A stretch of DNA of 64,000 nucleotides from Nitrospirota bacterium (GCA_963790025.1 CAWBMP010000002.1:672001-736000), one strand, 5' to 3'; counted from the first letter of the stretch, positions 7,943 to 18,867 are shown. A program made the numbers and translations. Notes: generated by a model from the letters alone, not told the origin.

Positions 7943-8094
7943 TTTAACTGCCCTCCGCTAGAAATATCGAACACAAATTATAAATTCTTCAACAACATAA
8001 TGTCAACAACAAAGACGGGTTGGTAGTGGTACAGTTTGTTTTTGCTCCGGATCAAATAGTCTTTGGCAAAAACAAACTGACCCACTGCCAACGG

Positions 8095-9204
8095 TTAATG
8101 GTATTCCTCGAACTTCCCGTTTTTTGTTATCCATACTACATACGGCGACTGGGCCACGTCGCCTTTTTCGGTAAATCTTATCCTTCCGAGAGAACCGTTA
8201 AACTCAAGTGAATGAATTTTTTCCGCAACGGCCTTGCCTTCTGTTGTGCCGGCAGCCTGGATGGATGCAAGCAATATATTTGCCGCTTCATAGGCATAAA
8301 TGGAATAAGGTCCCATTTCGCCGTATTTTGAAGTATATTTTTCTATAAAGCCCCGGGCAGCCGGTATGTTCTTCGGATCCGGACTGAATGTGAGATAGGT
8401 TCCCTCCGCAGCTTTGCTTCCCGCAATCTCAACGAACTTGGGGTCGATAGAACCGTCTCCGCTCATAAAAGGGACCATCAAACTTACTTCCCGTGCCTGT
8501 TTTACAAGAAGACCGGTTTCAGGATATATTCCGCCAAAGTAGATAAGATCGGGGTTTTTTTCCTTTACAGAAGTAAGGACGGGCTTGAAATCCTTATCTC
8601 CCAGGGTAATCCCTCCTGTGTAAACCACTTCTATGCTACCCGAAAGGTTTTTTCTGAATTCCTCCGCCAGACCTTGCCCGTAAGTGGTTTTATCATGAAT
8701 TATGGCAACCCGTTTTATAGCGAGCTTGTTGCTGACAAATTCGGCGGCGACTTTGCCCTGCTGGTCATCCCTGCCGCATACCCTGAAAACATTTCTGTAT
8801 CCACGTTCTGTGAGCAGGGGATTCGTTGAAGCCGGCGTTATCATTGGGATATTTGCACGATTATAAACATCCGATGCGGGAATCGAACAGCTGGAATTAT
8901 AGTGGCCTACTATTCCTGCAACCCCTTCGTTGCTCAATTTATTGGCAACTTCCACCGCCTGCTTGGGATCGGCCTGGTCATCGCCAAGTATAATTTCTAC
9001 TTTCTTGCCCAAAACGCCGCCTTTGGCATTCCATTCCTCTACGGCTATACCGCCTCCATTTTTAAAGTCACTCCCTATTTTAGCCTGGGCACCTGTCATC
9101 TGGGCAGCGATAGCTATTTTTATAGTTTCTTCCTTTTTCGAGCAGCCTGCAACCACAAGCAGAAAAACTGCACACACCGTAAAAGACAGGGCAAACCGTT
9201 TCAT
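8095..9204 (-). CDS. Branched-chain amino acid ABC transporter substrate-binding lipoprotein (LivK/LivJ family)
   Basis: Lipobox VAGC, DDQADPKQAV, GHYNSSCS, RVCGRDDQQG. Confidence 0.92.
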   Translation of the reverse strand: MKRFALSFTVCAVFLLVVAGCSKKEETIKIAIAAQMTGAQAKIGSDFKNGGGIAVEEWNAKGGVLGKKVEIILGDDQADPKQAVEVANKLSNEGVAGIVGHYNSSCSIPASDVYNRANIPMITPASTNPLLTERGYRNVFRVCGRDDQQGKVAAEFVSNKLAIKRVAIIHDKTTYGQGLAEEFRKNLSGSIEVVYTGGITLGDKDFKPVLTSVKEKNPDLIYFGGIYPETGLLVKQAREVSLMVPFMSGDGSIDPKFVEIAGSKAAEGTYLTFSPDPKNIPAARGFIEKYTSKYGEMGPYSIYAYEAANILLASIQAAGTTEGKAVAEKIHSLEFNGSLGRIRFTEKGDVAQSPYVVWITKNGKFEEYH

Positions 9205-9278
9205 AAAGCATTTCCTCCTTAATAATATGTTTCTAACCGCAGCAGTTCAGAGAATAAAAAATGTAAGACATATCCCCA

Positions 9279-9920
9279 TTACACATTCCGAATTGAAGTT
9301 TTAGCATATTTAAGAAATCTCTGCACATTTTGTTTTATATCGCCCTCCAGTAGCCCCGATGATACAGCGACACACGCGCAACCGGTTTCAAAGACAGACA
9401 GGACATTGTCAGTCTTTATCCCCCCGATTGCCACTACGGGAAGTGTCACGGCATTTATCACCGCTTGCAACCCCTCCACCCCCTTAGGGGCTCCCACCTC
9501 TTTTGTTGTTGAAGGAAAGATCGAACCAAAGCCTATGTAATCGGCACCGCCTCTTTCAGCTTCGAGCGCTTCCTTAATGGAGTGAGTCGAGATCCCAATT
9601 ATTCTATTTCCCATGAGCCTTCTAGCCTCACCTAGAGGAAGGTCTTCCTGACCAAGATGCACACCGTCAGCGTCAACAGCTAGGGCGATATCGGCATAGT
9701 CATTGATAACAAGACAGGCGTTGAACTTCCTGGTGATTTCTCTCAGCTGCAGAGCTTCAGAAAAGGCCTCTTTTGCAGTCTTGCCTTTCCCCCTGTATTG
9801 GACCCATCTTATGCCGGACTCAACGATTATCGTGATATTCTTCTGCAGCGTGCCGCTAATGCCTGATGGACCCGTAATGAAGCAAATACGATGGTTCTTG
9901 AAGTCAAAGCTACTCGGCAA
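9279..9920 (-). CDS. thiE: Thiamine-phosphate synthase
   Basis: VQYR, IND, ADGVHLGQED, GISTHS, VAIGGI. Confidence 0.93.
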   Translation of the reverse strand: MPSSFDFKNHRICFITGPSGISGTLQKNITIIVESGIRWVQYRGKGKTAKEAFSEALQLREITRKFNACLVINDYADIALAVDADGVHLGQEDLPLGEARRLMGNRIIGISTHSIKEALEAERGGADYIGFGSIFPSTTKEVGAPKGVEGLQAVINAVTLPVVAIGGIKTDNVLSVFETGCACVAVSSGLLEGDIKQNVQRFLKYAKTSIRNV

Positions 9921-11295
9921 TGCCGTTTTTCCCAGCCTCTACAGAATGTTCAAGTTCTGCCATCCTTTCAATAAAGTCCGTGCTAAAATTGCCCTTTATA
10001 AAAACAGGATGATTTAAGACTTTCTTGTGAAAATCAATAGTCGTCTTTATCCCCTCGATAATAAACATGTCTAGTGCCATCTTCATTTTTGCAATGGCAT
10101 CCTCTCTGTTTTTTGCATGGACCACCAGTTTTGCGATCATCGAGTCATAGTGAGAAGGAACTACCCAACCAGCGTATGCTGCAGTATCAACTCGCACTCC
10201 CGGACCGCCGGGCGGTAGAAAAAATGTCAACTTGCCTGGAGAAGGGATAAACTTTTCAGGGTCTTCAGCGTTTATCCTGCATTCTATCACATGCCCTGTA
10301 AGCTTGATCTGGCCCTGTTTATACAAAAAAGGGAATCCGGCGGCTATCTTGATCTGTTCCTTTATAATGTCAATACCGGTGAGTTCTTCAGTAACCGGGT
10401 GTTCCACCTGTATCCTGGTATTCATCTCCATGAAATATATATTTTGTTCCTGGTCAACGATGAACTCCATCGTGCCCACATTTTTATATTTCATCGCCTT
10501 TGCAGCGCGCACAGCAAGCTCTCCCAGCTTTTTGCGAAACTTCTCCGTCGCAACGGGCGATGGGGCCTCCTCTATGAGCTTTTGATGCCTCCTCTGGATG
10601 GAACAGTCGCGTTCTCCAAGATGGATCACATTCCCCCTGCCGTCGGAGATTATCTGGACCTCGATATGCCGGATAGAAGTCAAGTATTTTTCAATATACA
10701 CTTCACTATTGGCAAACGAGGCGAGCGCCTCACGCTGCGCCATATGAAAGGCAGGGGCTACCCCGTCCTCATCGTTGACAATCCTCATTCCCCTGCCCCC
10801 GCCTCCGGCGGAGGCTTTTATAATGACAGGCAAGCCTATCTTCTTCGCCACCTTGAGCGCCGCCTCCGCAGACTCCACCGGTCCGTCACTGCCAGGCACC
10901 ACCGGAATTCCGCGCCGCTTCATTACAAGGCGGGCCTTCGCCTTGTCGCCGCCCATTTTCATATTCTCCACAGACGGTCCTATAAAGGTAATGCCTGATG
11001 TCGCGCATGATTCGGCGAACTGCGGGTTTTCTGAAAGAAAACCATAGCCCGGGTGGATTGCTTCAGAATCGGTAAGTTCCGCAGCGCTGAGGATTGCAGG
11101 TATACTCAAATAGCTATATGTCGGATTTGCAGGACCTATACAGATAGACTCGTCAGCAACTCTTATGTGCAGGGCGTCACGTTCGACATCGGAAAAAATG
11201 GCAACGGTTTTGATTCCGAGTTCCTTGCATGCACGAATAATGCGTACTGCAATCTCCCCCCGGTTGGCAATCAGTATTTTTTTAAATAGCTTCAA
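9910..11295 (-). CDS. accC: Acetyl-CoA carboxylase biotin carboxylase
   Basis: KILIANRGEIA, HPGYGFLSEN, RDCSIQRRHQK, EMNTRIQVEH. Confidence 0.97.
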   Translation of the reverse strand: MKLFKKILIANRGEIAVRIIRACKELGIKTVAIFSDVERDALHIRVADESICIGPANPTYSYLSIPAILSAAELTDSEAIHPGYGFLSENPQFAESCATSGITFIGPSVENMKMGGDKAKARLVMKRRGIPVVPGSDGPVESAEAALKVAKKIGLPVIIKASAGGGGRGMRIVNDEDGVAPAFHMAQREALASFANSEVYIEKYLTSIRHIEVQIISDGRGNVIHLGERDCSIQRRHQKLIEEAPSPVATEKFRKKLGELAVRAAKAMKYKNVGTMEFIVDQEQNIYFMEMNTRIQVEHPVTEELTGIDIIKEQIKIAAGFPFLYKQGQIKLTGHVIECRINAEDPEKFIPSPGKLTFFLPPGGPGVRVDTAAYAGWVVPSHYDSMIAKLVVHAKNREDAIAKMKMALDMFIIEGIKTTIDFHKKVLNHPVFIKGNFSTDFIERMAELEHSVEAGKNGIAE

Positions 11296-11752
11296 CGCCG
11301 TCTACCCCTGCGGGCTCGATCAAAAAAAGCGGTTCGCCATATTCTACAGGGTGCCCGTTTTCGACCAGCATCTTCATCACTACGCCATCAATCTCACTCT
11401 CGATTTCATTCATAAGTTTCATGGCCTCTATAATGCATAAGATCTGTCCCTTTTTCACGACTGTACCCGCATCGACAAAAGGCTCAGCGTCAGGCGACGG
11501 TGACCGGTAGAAGGTGCCTACAATCGGAGATGTCACAGTAAAGAGCTTGCCTTCCGGCTCCGGTTCCGTTGCAGGTTCCTCCTTACCGTGCATATCTCTC
11601 CTGCCGGGCATAATCGTTTGCGGGACCTCAAGGTGACTGAAAAATTTATCTCGCCGGATTTTAACCTTAACACCGTCCTTCTCTACCACAAGTTCCGTTA
11701 TATCTGTATCTTTTAAAAGACCAATTAATTCTTTCAAATCGTCAAATTCCAT
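11282..11752 (-). CDS. accB: Acetyl-CoA carboxylase biotin carboxyl carrier protein
   Basis: SPIVGTFY and the EAMKLMN biotinylation motif. ATG at 11752 with GGAGG RBS. Confidence 0.96.
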   Translation of the reverse strand: MEFDDLKELIGLLKDTDITELVVEKDGVKVKIRRDKFFSHLEVPQTIMPGRRDMHGKEEPATEPEPEGKLFTVTSPIVGTFYRSPSPDAEPFVDAGTVVKKGQILCIIEAMKLMNEIESEIDGVVMKMLVENGHPVEYGEPLFLIEPAGVDGVEAI

Positions 11753-11773
11753 TATGGCCTCCTCCAATTAGCT

Positions 11774-11884
11774 TGCAGCGTTATAGCGTTCAGCGCACAG
11801 TGTACAACTGAAAGGATTGGGATTGTATACAAATTTGTATTATGCCTTTACCGCTGTACGCTGAACCCTGAACGCACAACGCTA
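11774..11884. repeat. Heptamer-repeat inverted hairpin (CAGCGTT-like / AACGCTG-like units)
   Basis: Degenerate 7-mers on the left arm mirrored by their complements on the right arm. Confidence 0.6.
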
Positions 11885-12442
11885 TTTCACCTTTTCAATA
11901 TAGTCCGACGTCCTGGTATCTATCTTCAACACATCGCCAATAGCAATATGGAAAGGTACTTTCACCACAAGTCCGGTTTCGAGCTTCGCTGGTTTTGTGG
12001 ACCCCGAGGCCGTATCTCCCCGGAAAGCAGGATCTGTTTCTACTACAGCAAGCTCTACAAACATCGGCGGTTCGACCGTCATAGGCGAGTCTTTATAATA
12101 AAGAATCTTCACAGTCATGTTCTCTTTAATGAATTTCATTGTGTCACCAAGCTGAGCTGACGTTAAGGGGACCTGCTCAAACGACTCGGTATCCATGAAA
12201 TAGTAAAGAGTGTCCTGGGCGTACAGATACTGCATATCTTTCTCTTCGAGGCCCGGCGACTGAAATTTTTCTCCAGACCTGAATGTGTCTTCAAGGACGC
12301 TTCCTGTCTTCATGTTTTTCATTTTGGTCCTAACTACAGCACCGCCCCTTCCCATCTTGACATGCTGGAAGTCGACAATCTCAACCGGCTCTCCCTTGTA
12401 TACTATTTTTGCACCTTTTCTGAAATCACTTGTGCTAAGCAA
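11882..12442 (-). CDS. efp: Elongation factor P
   Basis: FQHVKMGRGGA loop (Arg at the modified position), KPAKLETG. Confidence 0.97.
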   Translation of the reverse strand: MLSTSDFRKGAKIVYKGEPVEIVDFQHVKMGRGGAVVRTKMKNMKTGSVLEDTFRSGEKFQSPGLEEKDMQYLYAQDTLYYFMDTESFEQVPLTSAQLGDTMKFIKENMTVKILYYKDSPMTVEPPMFVELAVVETDPAFRGDTASGSTKPAKLETGLVVKVPFHIAIGDVLKIDTRTSDYIEKVK

Positions 12443-12506
12443 TGAATACCTCCCTATATATTAGCTCATAGCTGAGAGCTAAGAGCCGAGGGCCTTTTTT
12501 AATGAG

Positions 12507-13580
12507 CTATTTTACTATTTCGAGTTCCCTGCTGAGGCCCGTTAAAAGCATGCCTTTTTCACCCTTTAAAGCTACCACATCCTCTATCCGCACGCCGCCT
12601 AATTTCGGTATATAGATGCCGGGCTCTATAGTGAAGACAAAACCGTCGGCAATCCTGTCCCCTGCAGCCCATGACACGCGCGGAGCCTCATGCACATCAA
12701 GTCCGACTCCGTGGCCGGTCCCGTGGCCAAAAAATTCATTGTATCCAGCCTCTTTTATAGTTTCACGGGCAGCCCGGTCAATAGCCTGTGTCTTAACCCC
12801 TGCCCCAACAGCAGACACAGCTCTTTGTAGCGCCTTGTTTACGACATTGTATATTTTAATCTTTTCCTGGAGGTCGGCGCCTGCCATAAGCAGCGTTCTC
12901 GTCATGTCGGAATAATAACCTTCAGCTTCCCCGCCCCAGTCAATTATAACAAAATCCCCTTTTTGTATTTTCTTATCAGTTGGCTGAGCATGCGGTTTCG
13001 AAGCATTATAGCCGGAAGCAACTATAGTATCAAATGGTATATTTCTACATCCTTCTTTCTTGAGCTGCTCCTCAAGTCTCAGGGATATTTCCCTTTCCCT
13101 TGCCCCGACTTTTATCCTCGGTTTGACTTTCAGGAAGGCGGCTTCCGCTCTTTCTATCGCCTTCTGAATAAGGCTGATTTCCGCCACATCCTTCACTTTT
13201 CTCAAATTCTCTATGGTGTTTGCCAAGGGCTCCAGTGTAACTTTCAAGCCCTGGAGCAATAAATAAAAGTCATAAGAGAGCGATGTCTCGAATCCAAGCC
13301 TCCTGACACCCAGGGATTTGACGAGGCGCCGGAGCAATGCCGCTCTTTTGCCTTTTTCATTACCGATTTCATACCCCTGGACCTCTGCTTCCGCTTGCTC
13401 CGTATACCGGAAATCGGTAAAGAACAGCGACCTCTCTTTTGTGATAAGCGCAAAGCCTGATGAACCGGTGAAACCGGTCAGATAGCGTACATTTTTTATA
13501 TCGCTGACATAGAAGGCTTCTATATTCTTTTCCCTGAGTACCTTCCAAACACCTTTTATTCTCGATTCCTGCTGTATCAT
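12507..13580 (-). CDS. Xaa-Pro aminopeptidase (M24)
   Basis: YYSDMTRT, HGTGHGVGLDVHEAP, TIEPGIY, GVRIED. Confidence 0.93.
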   Translation of the reverse strand: MIQQESRIKGVWKVLREKNIEAFYVSDIKNVRYLTGFTGSSGFALITKERSLFFTDFRYTEQAEAEVQGYEIGNEKGKRAALLRRLVKSLGVRRLGFETSLSYDFYLLLQGLKVTLEPLANTIENLRKVKDVAEISLIQKAIERAEAAFLKVKPRIKVGAREREISLRLEEQLKKEGCRNIPFDTIVASGYNASKPHAQPTDKKIQKGDFVIIDWGGEAEGYYSDMTRTLLMAGADLQEKIKIYNVVNKALQRAVSAVGAGVKTQAIDRAARETIKEAGYNEFFGHGTGHGVGLDVHEAPRVSWAAGDRIADGFVFTIEPGIYIPKLGGVRIEDVVALKGEKGMLLTGLSRELEIVK

Positions 13581-13599
13581 TATGTTTACTGATTCCCGT

Positions 13600-14292
13600 T
13601 CACTGTGGACTTTGAAATGCAAACTGTTTCTTTATTGCTTCAAGGAAATTGTCTAATTTCTTTACAATAGTCTCTTTGTCTTTTCCCAAAAATTTGATAA
13701 GAGCTGCCAGTTCTTCTTTCCGCTGCAGTATTCGTTTGTTACCCGGGTTGCGTATAAGCATTTCCTTATACAATTCCATGGCCTCGGTATTTCGCCCAAG
13801 AGCAATAAGCCCTTCAGCCTCTTTCAACTTCGATAAGTCAGAATCGGGTGCCCTTAAAGCCGGTGTCGAAGGCCCTTTCGGTGCATGGTGCCGGGAACTG
13901 ACTGCTGACATCATTCCTCCGGCGGAGGGTCCTATTTCATGAACTTTTATATATTCTTCTGAAACGGGTTCGGTGATACCAAGTCCTCTGCATGCCGCTG
14001 CAAGCCCCTTACGGGCGAAACTGTTGTCGGGAGCTTTTTTTAGAACTGCTGAAAATTGTTCTTGCGCCTCTGCAAACTTACTGCCATGGAGATACCATCT
14101 CCCCAGAGTTACCTGTGCGGCAAGGAAATCGGGGTTTTTCATGATACCATCAACCATCAGATGAACAGCTTCATCAATCTGGTCCAGCTTCTTCAACTCT
14201 TCTGCAAGAGATAGAAAGAGCTTTGAATCCGGTTTCTGCTTCAGTCGCTCTCTGAGCCTCTCCATATAGGTGGTGCCGTCAACATTAACCAC
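13600..14292 (-). CDS. Tetratricopeptide-repeat protein
   Basis: TPR-like helices (FLSLAEELKK, AQVTLGRWYL). Lies within an operon. Confidence 0.75.
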   Translation of the reverse strand: MVNVDGTTYMERLRERLKQKPDSKLFLSLAEELKKLDQIDEAVHLMVDGIMKNPDFLAAQVTLGRWYLHGSKFAEAQEQFSAVLKKAPDNSFARKGLAAACRGLGITEPVSEEYIKVHEIGPSAGGMMSAVSSRHHAPKGPSTPALRAPDSDLSKLKEAEGLIALGRNTEAMELYKEMLIRNPGNKRILQRKEELAALIKFLGKDKETIVKKLDNFLEAIKKQFAFQSPQ

Positions 14293-14322
14293 AGCGTAAT
14301 CCTCTCCACAAATATTCAGTTA

Positions 14323-15501
14323 CTAATTGTTATACTTTAACTCGATAATTCTGTCAAATATTGCATTTGCCACAGCCGTTTTAGCCATTACCGGAAGCTT
14401 GGTTTCCTGCTTCCTGTCTATTATTATCACCTCATTTGTATCAACATCAAACCCGGCGCCTTTCCTTGTAATATCGTTAAAAACGATCATATCTATATTC
14501 TTTGCGGTGAGCTTCCCGCGGGCCCTATCGATTCTGGCACCAGTTTCCGCAGAGAAGCCGCAAGTAAAAGGACGCTGCTTGAGCTTTCCCACTGCTTCAA
14601 GGATATCGGTGGTTTTAAGGAGATTCAGGGAAAATTTATCTTTCTTCTCTATCTTGCTGCTTTTCGATTCAGCAGGCTTGAAATCCGCCACTGCAGCCGA
14701 CATTATCAGCATCGTCGACATGGGGATATTGTCCATTACCGCAGCAAGCATATCCGGGGCCGATTCGGCATAGATCACGTCGACACCCTCAGGAGGACTG
14801 ATAGAGACCGGCCCGCTTATAAGTGTAACCTCAGCCCCCCGCCTCCTGGCAATCCGCGCAAGCGCATACCCCATTTTGCCTGAGGACCTGTTGGTGATAT
14901 ACCGGATTGGATCGAGGTATTCTCTTGTCGGCCCTGCGGTTATCAGTACCTGTTCGCCCGCCAGGTCCTGTTTAGTCAGGGCGGCAACTGAAGATTCAAG
15001 GATATTTTCGCTATCGGCCATCCTGCCAATGCCTTCCTCGCCGCAGGCCAGGCTCCCCCTTTCGGGCCCGATAAAAAGCACCCCAAGAGAAGCAAGGTAG
15101 TGCAGATTTCTCTGAAAGACAGGGTTTTCATACATCCTCCAGTTCATCGCCGGAGCAATGATTACCTTGCCGTTGAATGCGAGCAGTGTGGTGCTGATCA
15201 TATCGTCGGCAATACCCTGCGCATATTTACTGATTACATTGGCGGTTGCCGGCGCCACGATAAAGAGATCGGCACTTGCCGGAAGACTGATATGCGTTAG
15301 CGGGAACTCAAACATATCAGAGTAAACGTGTTCGCCTGCAGCCAATTCAATTGAAAGAGGTGTAATAAAACGTTTCGAGGCCTCTGTCATGATGACCCTG
15401 ACAGAGGCCCCTTCCTGTTTCAGTTTTTTTATGAGATCGATGGCCTTATAAGCAGCTACACTCCCGGTAATTCCTAAAAGTACAGACTTGCCCTTTAGCA
15501 C
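14323..15501 (-). CDS. coaBC: Phosphopantothenoylcysteine decarboxylase/ligase
   Basis: GITGSVAAYK, APAMN, LACGEEGIGRM, DPIRYITNRSSGKMG. Confidence 0.97.
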   Translation of the reverse strand: MLKGKSVLLGITGSVAAYKAIDLIKKLKQEGASVRVIMTEASKRFITPLSIELAAGEHVYSDMFEFPLTHISLPASADLFIVAPATANVISKYAQGIADDMISTTLLAFNGKVIIAPAMNWRMYENPVFQRNLHYLASLGVLFIGPERGSLACGEEGIGRMADSENILESSVAALTKQDLAGEQVLITAGPTREYLDPIRYITNRSSGKMGYALARIARRRGAEVTLISGPVSISPPEGVDVIYAESAPDMLAAVMDNIPMSTMLIMSAAVADFKPAESKSSKIEKKDKFSLNLLKTTDILEAVGKLKQRPFTCGFSAETGARIDRARGKLTAKNIDMIVFNDITRKGAGFDVDTNEVIIIDRKQETKLPVMAKTAVANAIFDRIIELKYNN

Positions 15502-15531
15502 AATTACACACTATACGGTTTCGTAAAAAGC

Positions 15532-15924
15532 TTACTCTTCACTTTCTTCGGTTTCTTCGCCCTCGCTAAACAGATCTTCCAGTGCCTTCTCCGGTGATCC
15601 CTTCTCGTGGAGGTATACCTTGAGGTCTTTCTCAAGCTCAGAGAGGTCTTCAAGGGGCTTTCTCTTCTCCTCGATGAGTTTCTTATAGTCGATTTTTTCA
15701 GACTTCTCCTTTGCCGTAATTGCATCCGGACCCGTGAGAAATTCGATTTTATTGCCGACGGCCTCAAGAATAGCCGTTGTGGTCACCTTTTTTGTCTTTG
15801 ACTGGACCTTGGACGAGGCACCCAGGGAAAGCTCGCGTGCCCTCTGGGCGGCAATCACTACAAGCCTGTATCTGCTGTCAATTTCCTTTTTGTCATATTC
15901 AACGGGCAATGCTATTATGTCCAC
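15532..15924 (-). CDS. rpoZ: RNA polymerase omega subunit with acidic C-terminal extension
   Basis: SRYRLVVIAAQRAREL. Located between gmk and coaBC. Confidence 0.93.
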   Translation of the reverse strand: MDIIALPVEYDKKEIDSRYRLVVIAAQRARELSLGASSKVQSKTKKVTTTAILEAVGNKIEFLTGPDAITAKEKSEKIDYKKLIEEKRKPLEDLSELEKDLKVYLHEKGSPEKALEDLFSEGEETEESEE

Positions 15925-15925
15925 C

Positions 15926-16549
15926 TTATACTTCCTCCTCCAAAAAGTTTCTATGTATCCATTCGTGATCGATGCTCGTTATACACGCCCTCTCGGCTAT
16001 AACAATAGCTTCCAATTCTCTTAGAGCATCTTCCATCTTATCATTTACTATAACATAACCGTAATTTTCGTACTCCTTTATCTCCCCGACAGCGTTCTTG
16101 AGCCTTCTTCCGATAACTTCGTCCGAATCGCTCATCCTTTCCACGAGTCTTTTCCGGAGAACCTCCATTGAGGGCGGCAATATAAAGATGAAGATGCAAT
16201 CAGAGAGGCCCTTTCTTATCTGATGCGCACCCTGCACATCAATGTCCAGTAGCACATCGATGCCGGCGTCAGCCAACTCTTCAATCCTTTTTTTTGAAGT
16301 CCCGTAATAATTGCCATGCACTTCGGCCCACTCGATAAACACCTCTTCATCGATCATCGCTTTGAAAGTGTCTTTATCCACAAACGTATAGTGCAAGTCG
16401 TTTATTTCTCCCGGTCTGGGCATCCTGGTTGTGTAAGATACGGAATGCCGTATCCCGGGAAGGGTCGCGCAGAGTTTATGGCACAACGTGGTTTTCCCGG
16501 CGCCGGATGGGGCCGATATTACAAACAGGCTACCCTTGTTCCTCTTCAT
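15926..16549 (-). CDS. gmk: Guanylate kinase
   Basis: [29 protein letters not shown]. Confidence 0.97.
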   Translation of the reverse strand: MKRNKGSLFVISAPSGAGKTTLCHKLCATLPGIRHSVSYTTRMPRPGEINDLHYTFVDKDTFKAMIDEEVFIEWAEVHGNYYGTSKKRIEELADAGIDVLLDIDVQGAHQIRKGLSDCIFIFILPPSMEVLRKRLVERMSDSDEVIGRRLKNAVGEIKEYENYGYVIVNDKMEDALRELEAIVIAERACITSIDHEWIHRNFLEEEV

Positions 16550-16814
16550 CCTCGACCTCTTTGTCGCCCTCTTTAACACTGGCAATCCTCTGTGCTATGG
16601 TTTCCACCTGGATAGCTGATAATATTATATGGTCACTGTCGGTCACAATTATCGACCGGGTCTTCCTTCCTTCGGTTGCATCAATAAGTTTTCCCCTCCC
16701 GCGCGCCTCCTCCCGCAATTTCCTGATCGGTGAGGAACCAGGATTTACAATGGCGACCACCCGCGAGGAATGTATGACATTGCCGAAACCTATATGTATA
16801 AGTGTGCTTTTCAT
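16530..16814 (-). CDS. remA: DUF370 / RemA-family protein
   Basis: [20 protein letters not shown]. yicC-remA-gmk synteny. Confidence 0.9.
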   Translation of the reverse strand: MKSTLIHIGFGNVIHSSRVVAIVNPGSSPIRKLREEARGRGKLIDATEGRKTRSIIVTDSDHIILSAIQVETIAQRIASVKEGDKEVEDEEEQG

Positions 16815-16895
16815 AGTGTCAGTGTTTAGTGTCAGTGTCAGTGTTTAGTGTCAGTGTAATTCCTTTACTGACACTGTCACTGTTCACTGTCACTG
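16815..16895. repeat. GTCAGT/ACTGAC-type repeat hairpin
   Basis: (AGTGTC)n arm and (CACTGT/GACACT)n arm. Relatives at 39891-39963, 42485-42548 and 48052-48122. Confidence 0.8.
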
Positions 16896-17738
16896 AATAT
16901 TTTGCACCTGTTCCTTGAGCTTTTCAATGCCTGTTTTTATTTCGATAGTCAGGTTTATTATTCTTATATCGTCTGCTTTTGACGCAATAGTGTTCGCCTC
17001 CCGGTACATCTCCTGCATAAGGAAATCGAGTTTTCTGCCCACTGCCTCGCCATGATAAAGGAAGGACTTGAATTGCTGAAAATGGCTGCGAAGCCGCGCC
17101 AATTCCTCTGTAATATCACTCTTCTGTGCAAGCAGAGCAACTTCCTGAGCGAGCCTGGTCTCATCGATTGTTATGGTGGAGGACAGTTCCTCAACTTTCC
17201 TCGCAAGAACTTCCTTATGTGCCATAGCCATGTCCCGCGAAAATACCTCGACCTGTTCCCTGAGGCCCTCGACCCGTCCGGCATGGAACTCCAGCTCTTT
17301 TTTCAGCGCCTCCCCCTCTTTATTGCGCATCTCCTCAACACGCGTTACGGCATCGCGCAGCGCATCATAAAGATCATCGGCACTATACGCCGGCTCCTCA
17401 GTCAACAAAAATTCACGGTACCATGACAAAAAACTGATATCAAGAGACCCCGGGATTGACAATGATTTCTGTAAATCCAAAATCGTGTCATAAATATCTC
17501 TTACCAGTTCCTTGTTGGCACGTACCTTGACCTGCCGTTTATCGGTCAGTGATATAGTAATGTCGAACTTGCCCCGCGCAAACCGTTCTTTAATCAAATT
17601 CCTGACCGGTATTTCGTGTTCCATGAGAAAAGAAGGCATCTTGACGTTCACATCGACATACCGATGGTTTAGAGACCGCACCTCGACCTTAAAACCCTTT
17701 CTTTCGGCAGCCCCGTAACCCGTCATGCTCTGAATCAT
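16890..17738 (-). CDS. yicC: YicC/YloC family endoribonuclease
   Basis: SMTGYG, RSLNHRY, GRKLDFLMQE, EQVQNI. Confidence 0.95.
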   Translation of the reverse strand: MIQSMTGYGAAERKGFKVEVRSLNHRYVDVNVKMPSFLMEHEIPVRNLIKERFARGKFDITISLTDKRQVKVRANKELVRDIYDTILDLQKSLSIPGSLDISFLSWYREFLLTEEPAYSADDLYDALRDAVTRVEEMRNKEGEALKKELEFHAGRVEGLREQVEVFSRDMAMAHKEVLARKVEELSSTITIDETRLAQEVALLAQKSDITEELARLRSHFQQFKSFLYHGEAVGRKLDFLMQEMYREANTIASKADDIRIINLTIEIKTGIEKLKEQVQNIQ

Positions 17739-17998
17739 GCCTTTACCCCCGTTATTTTCACTATCTTTCTCCTGGAAGTCCCGCCCCTGAGTATTATTAT
17801 ATTACTTTTCCTGACACCAAACTTTTCTGCCAGAAGTTCTATAAGCTGTTCATTCGCCGCACCTCCAACCGGAGGGGCCGTAAGTTTGACCTTGAGCACG
17901 TTATCCGTAACACCGGCAATCTCCTTTTTTGAAGACCGCGGGTCAACTTTAACTTCAATGATTATACCATCCTTCGTTTTACTGTAGGGAATTTCCAT
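17735..17998 (-). CDS. DUF167 (YggU) family protein
   Basis: LKVKLTAPPVGGAANEQLI, GGTSRRK. ATG at 17998. Confidence 0.9.
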   Translation of the reverse strand: MEIPYSKTKDGIIIEVKVDPRSSKKEIAGVTDNVLKVKLTAPPVGGAANEQLIELLAEKFGVRKSNIIILRGGTSRRKIVKITGVKA

Positions 17999-18863
17999 TC
18001 TGCCTTCTAAACCGGGGTTGATAATATACCTCACCTCCTGCGATCGTTGCAACAGCGAGGACGACTCCGCAGATAACATCTATTACATAGTGGTACCTGC
18101 AGTAGACTGCGGCAAAAATCAGGAGCGCTACAGGGGCGATCATGAACCAGAATAACGTTCTTTCGTAGCGATATGCCAGGAAAAGCACTGTGAGCGCAAC
18201 CCCGGTATGCCCGCTGGGGAATGCATCCCTTTTAACTCCCTCGAGGAGATTGAGCACGCCCTGTATCGGACCGGAGACTAAATAGCCATCCAGATTCACG
18301 ACCTGGAGGTGTTGCATTGTATACCGCGGACCGAGTGCAGGGAAAAGCAGGTAGCCGATATAAGACAAATAAAAGCATAGAAGCATCAAAAAAAGCGATT
18401 TTTCAAATGCCTCCCTTTTTCCCTTAACCCATAACACCATGCCAAGGATAATCGGAAGGAAATAATAGGTCGCATAGGCGGTTTCAAGTACATCCGTAAG
18501 AAATGGGTTAATCATTCCCTCAAGAAAAACAGTGGGGTATTCACGAAAAATGCGATAATCAATTCTTATAAGCAGGTAGTCGATATCGTGCGGATTGATG
18601 TTGTGCACAATCAGGCCAAGGCTGTCAAAAATAATGAGCACGCTGAGGACGGGGAAAATCAGATCATGGACCACAGCAAAGAATTTAGTGCTCCGGCCCA
18701 AATTCACCAGCACAATCTGAAAAAGCGCCAGTGATGAATATATAACCATTAGGTATCCGGCGGCAGGAATTTTATCGAAAAAAAACAGCGTCAGGACCAA
18801 CAGAAATAGGCTGAACACGATGGTAGCGGCATCTGCCGGCCTGCATTTCAGAAACCGTATCAT
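17979..18863 (-). CDS. PAP2-family membrane phosphatase/phosphotransferase
   Basis: PALGPR, AFPSGH, RYHYVIDV. Confidence 0.88.
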   Translation of the reverse strand: MIRFLKCRPADAATIVFSLFLLVLTLFFFDKIPAAGYLMVIYSSLALFQIVLVNLGRSTKFFAVVHDLIFPVLSVLIIFDSLGLIVHNINPHDIDYLLIRIDYRIFREYPTVFLEGMINPFLTDVLETAYATYYFLPIILGMVLWVKGKREAFEKSLFLMLLCFYLSYIGYLLFPALGPRYTMQHLQVVNLDGYLVSGPIQGVLNLLEGVKRDAFPSGHTGVALTVLFLAYRYERTLFWFMIAPVALLIFAAVYCRYHYVIDVICGVVLAVATIAGGEVYYQPRFRRQNGNSLQ

Positions 18864-18867
18864 AATA

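Noticed and set aside
16815..16895. Short tandem repeats as CRISPR or phase-variation tracts
   Set aside because: There are no spacers, and the units are degenerate, intergenic and arranged as inverted arms.
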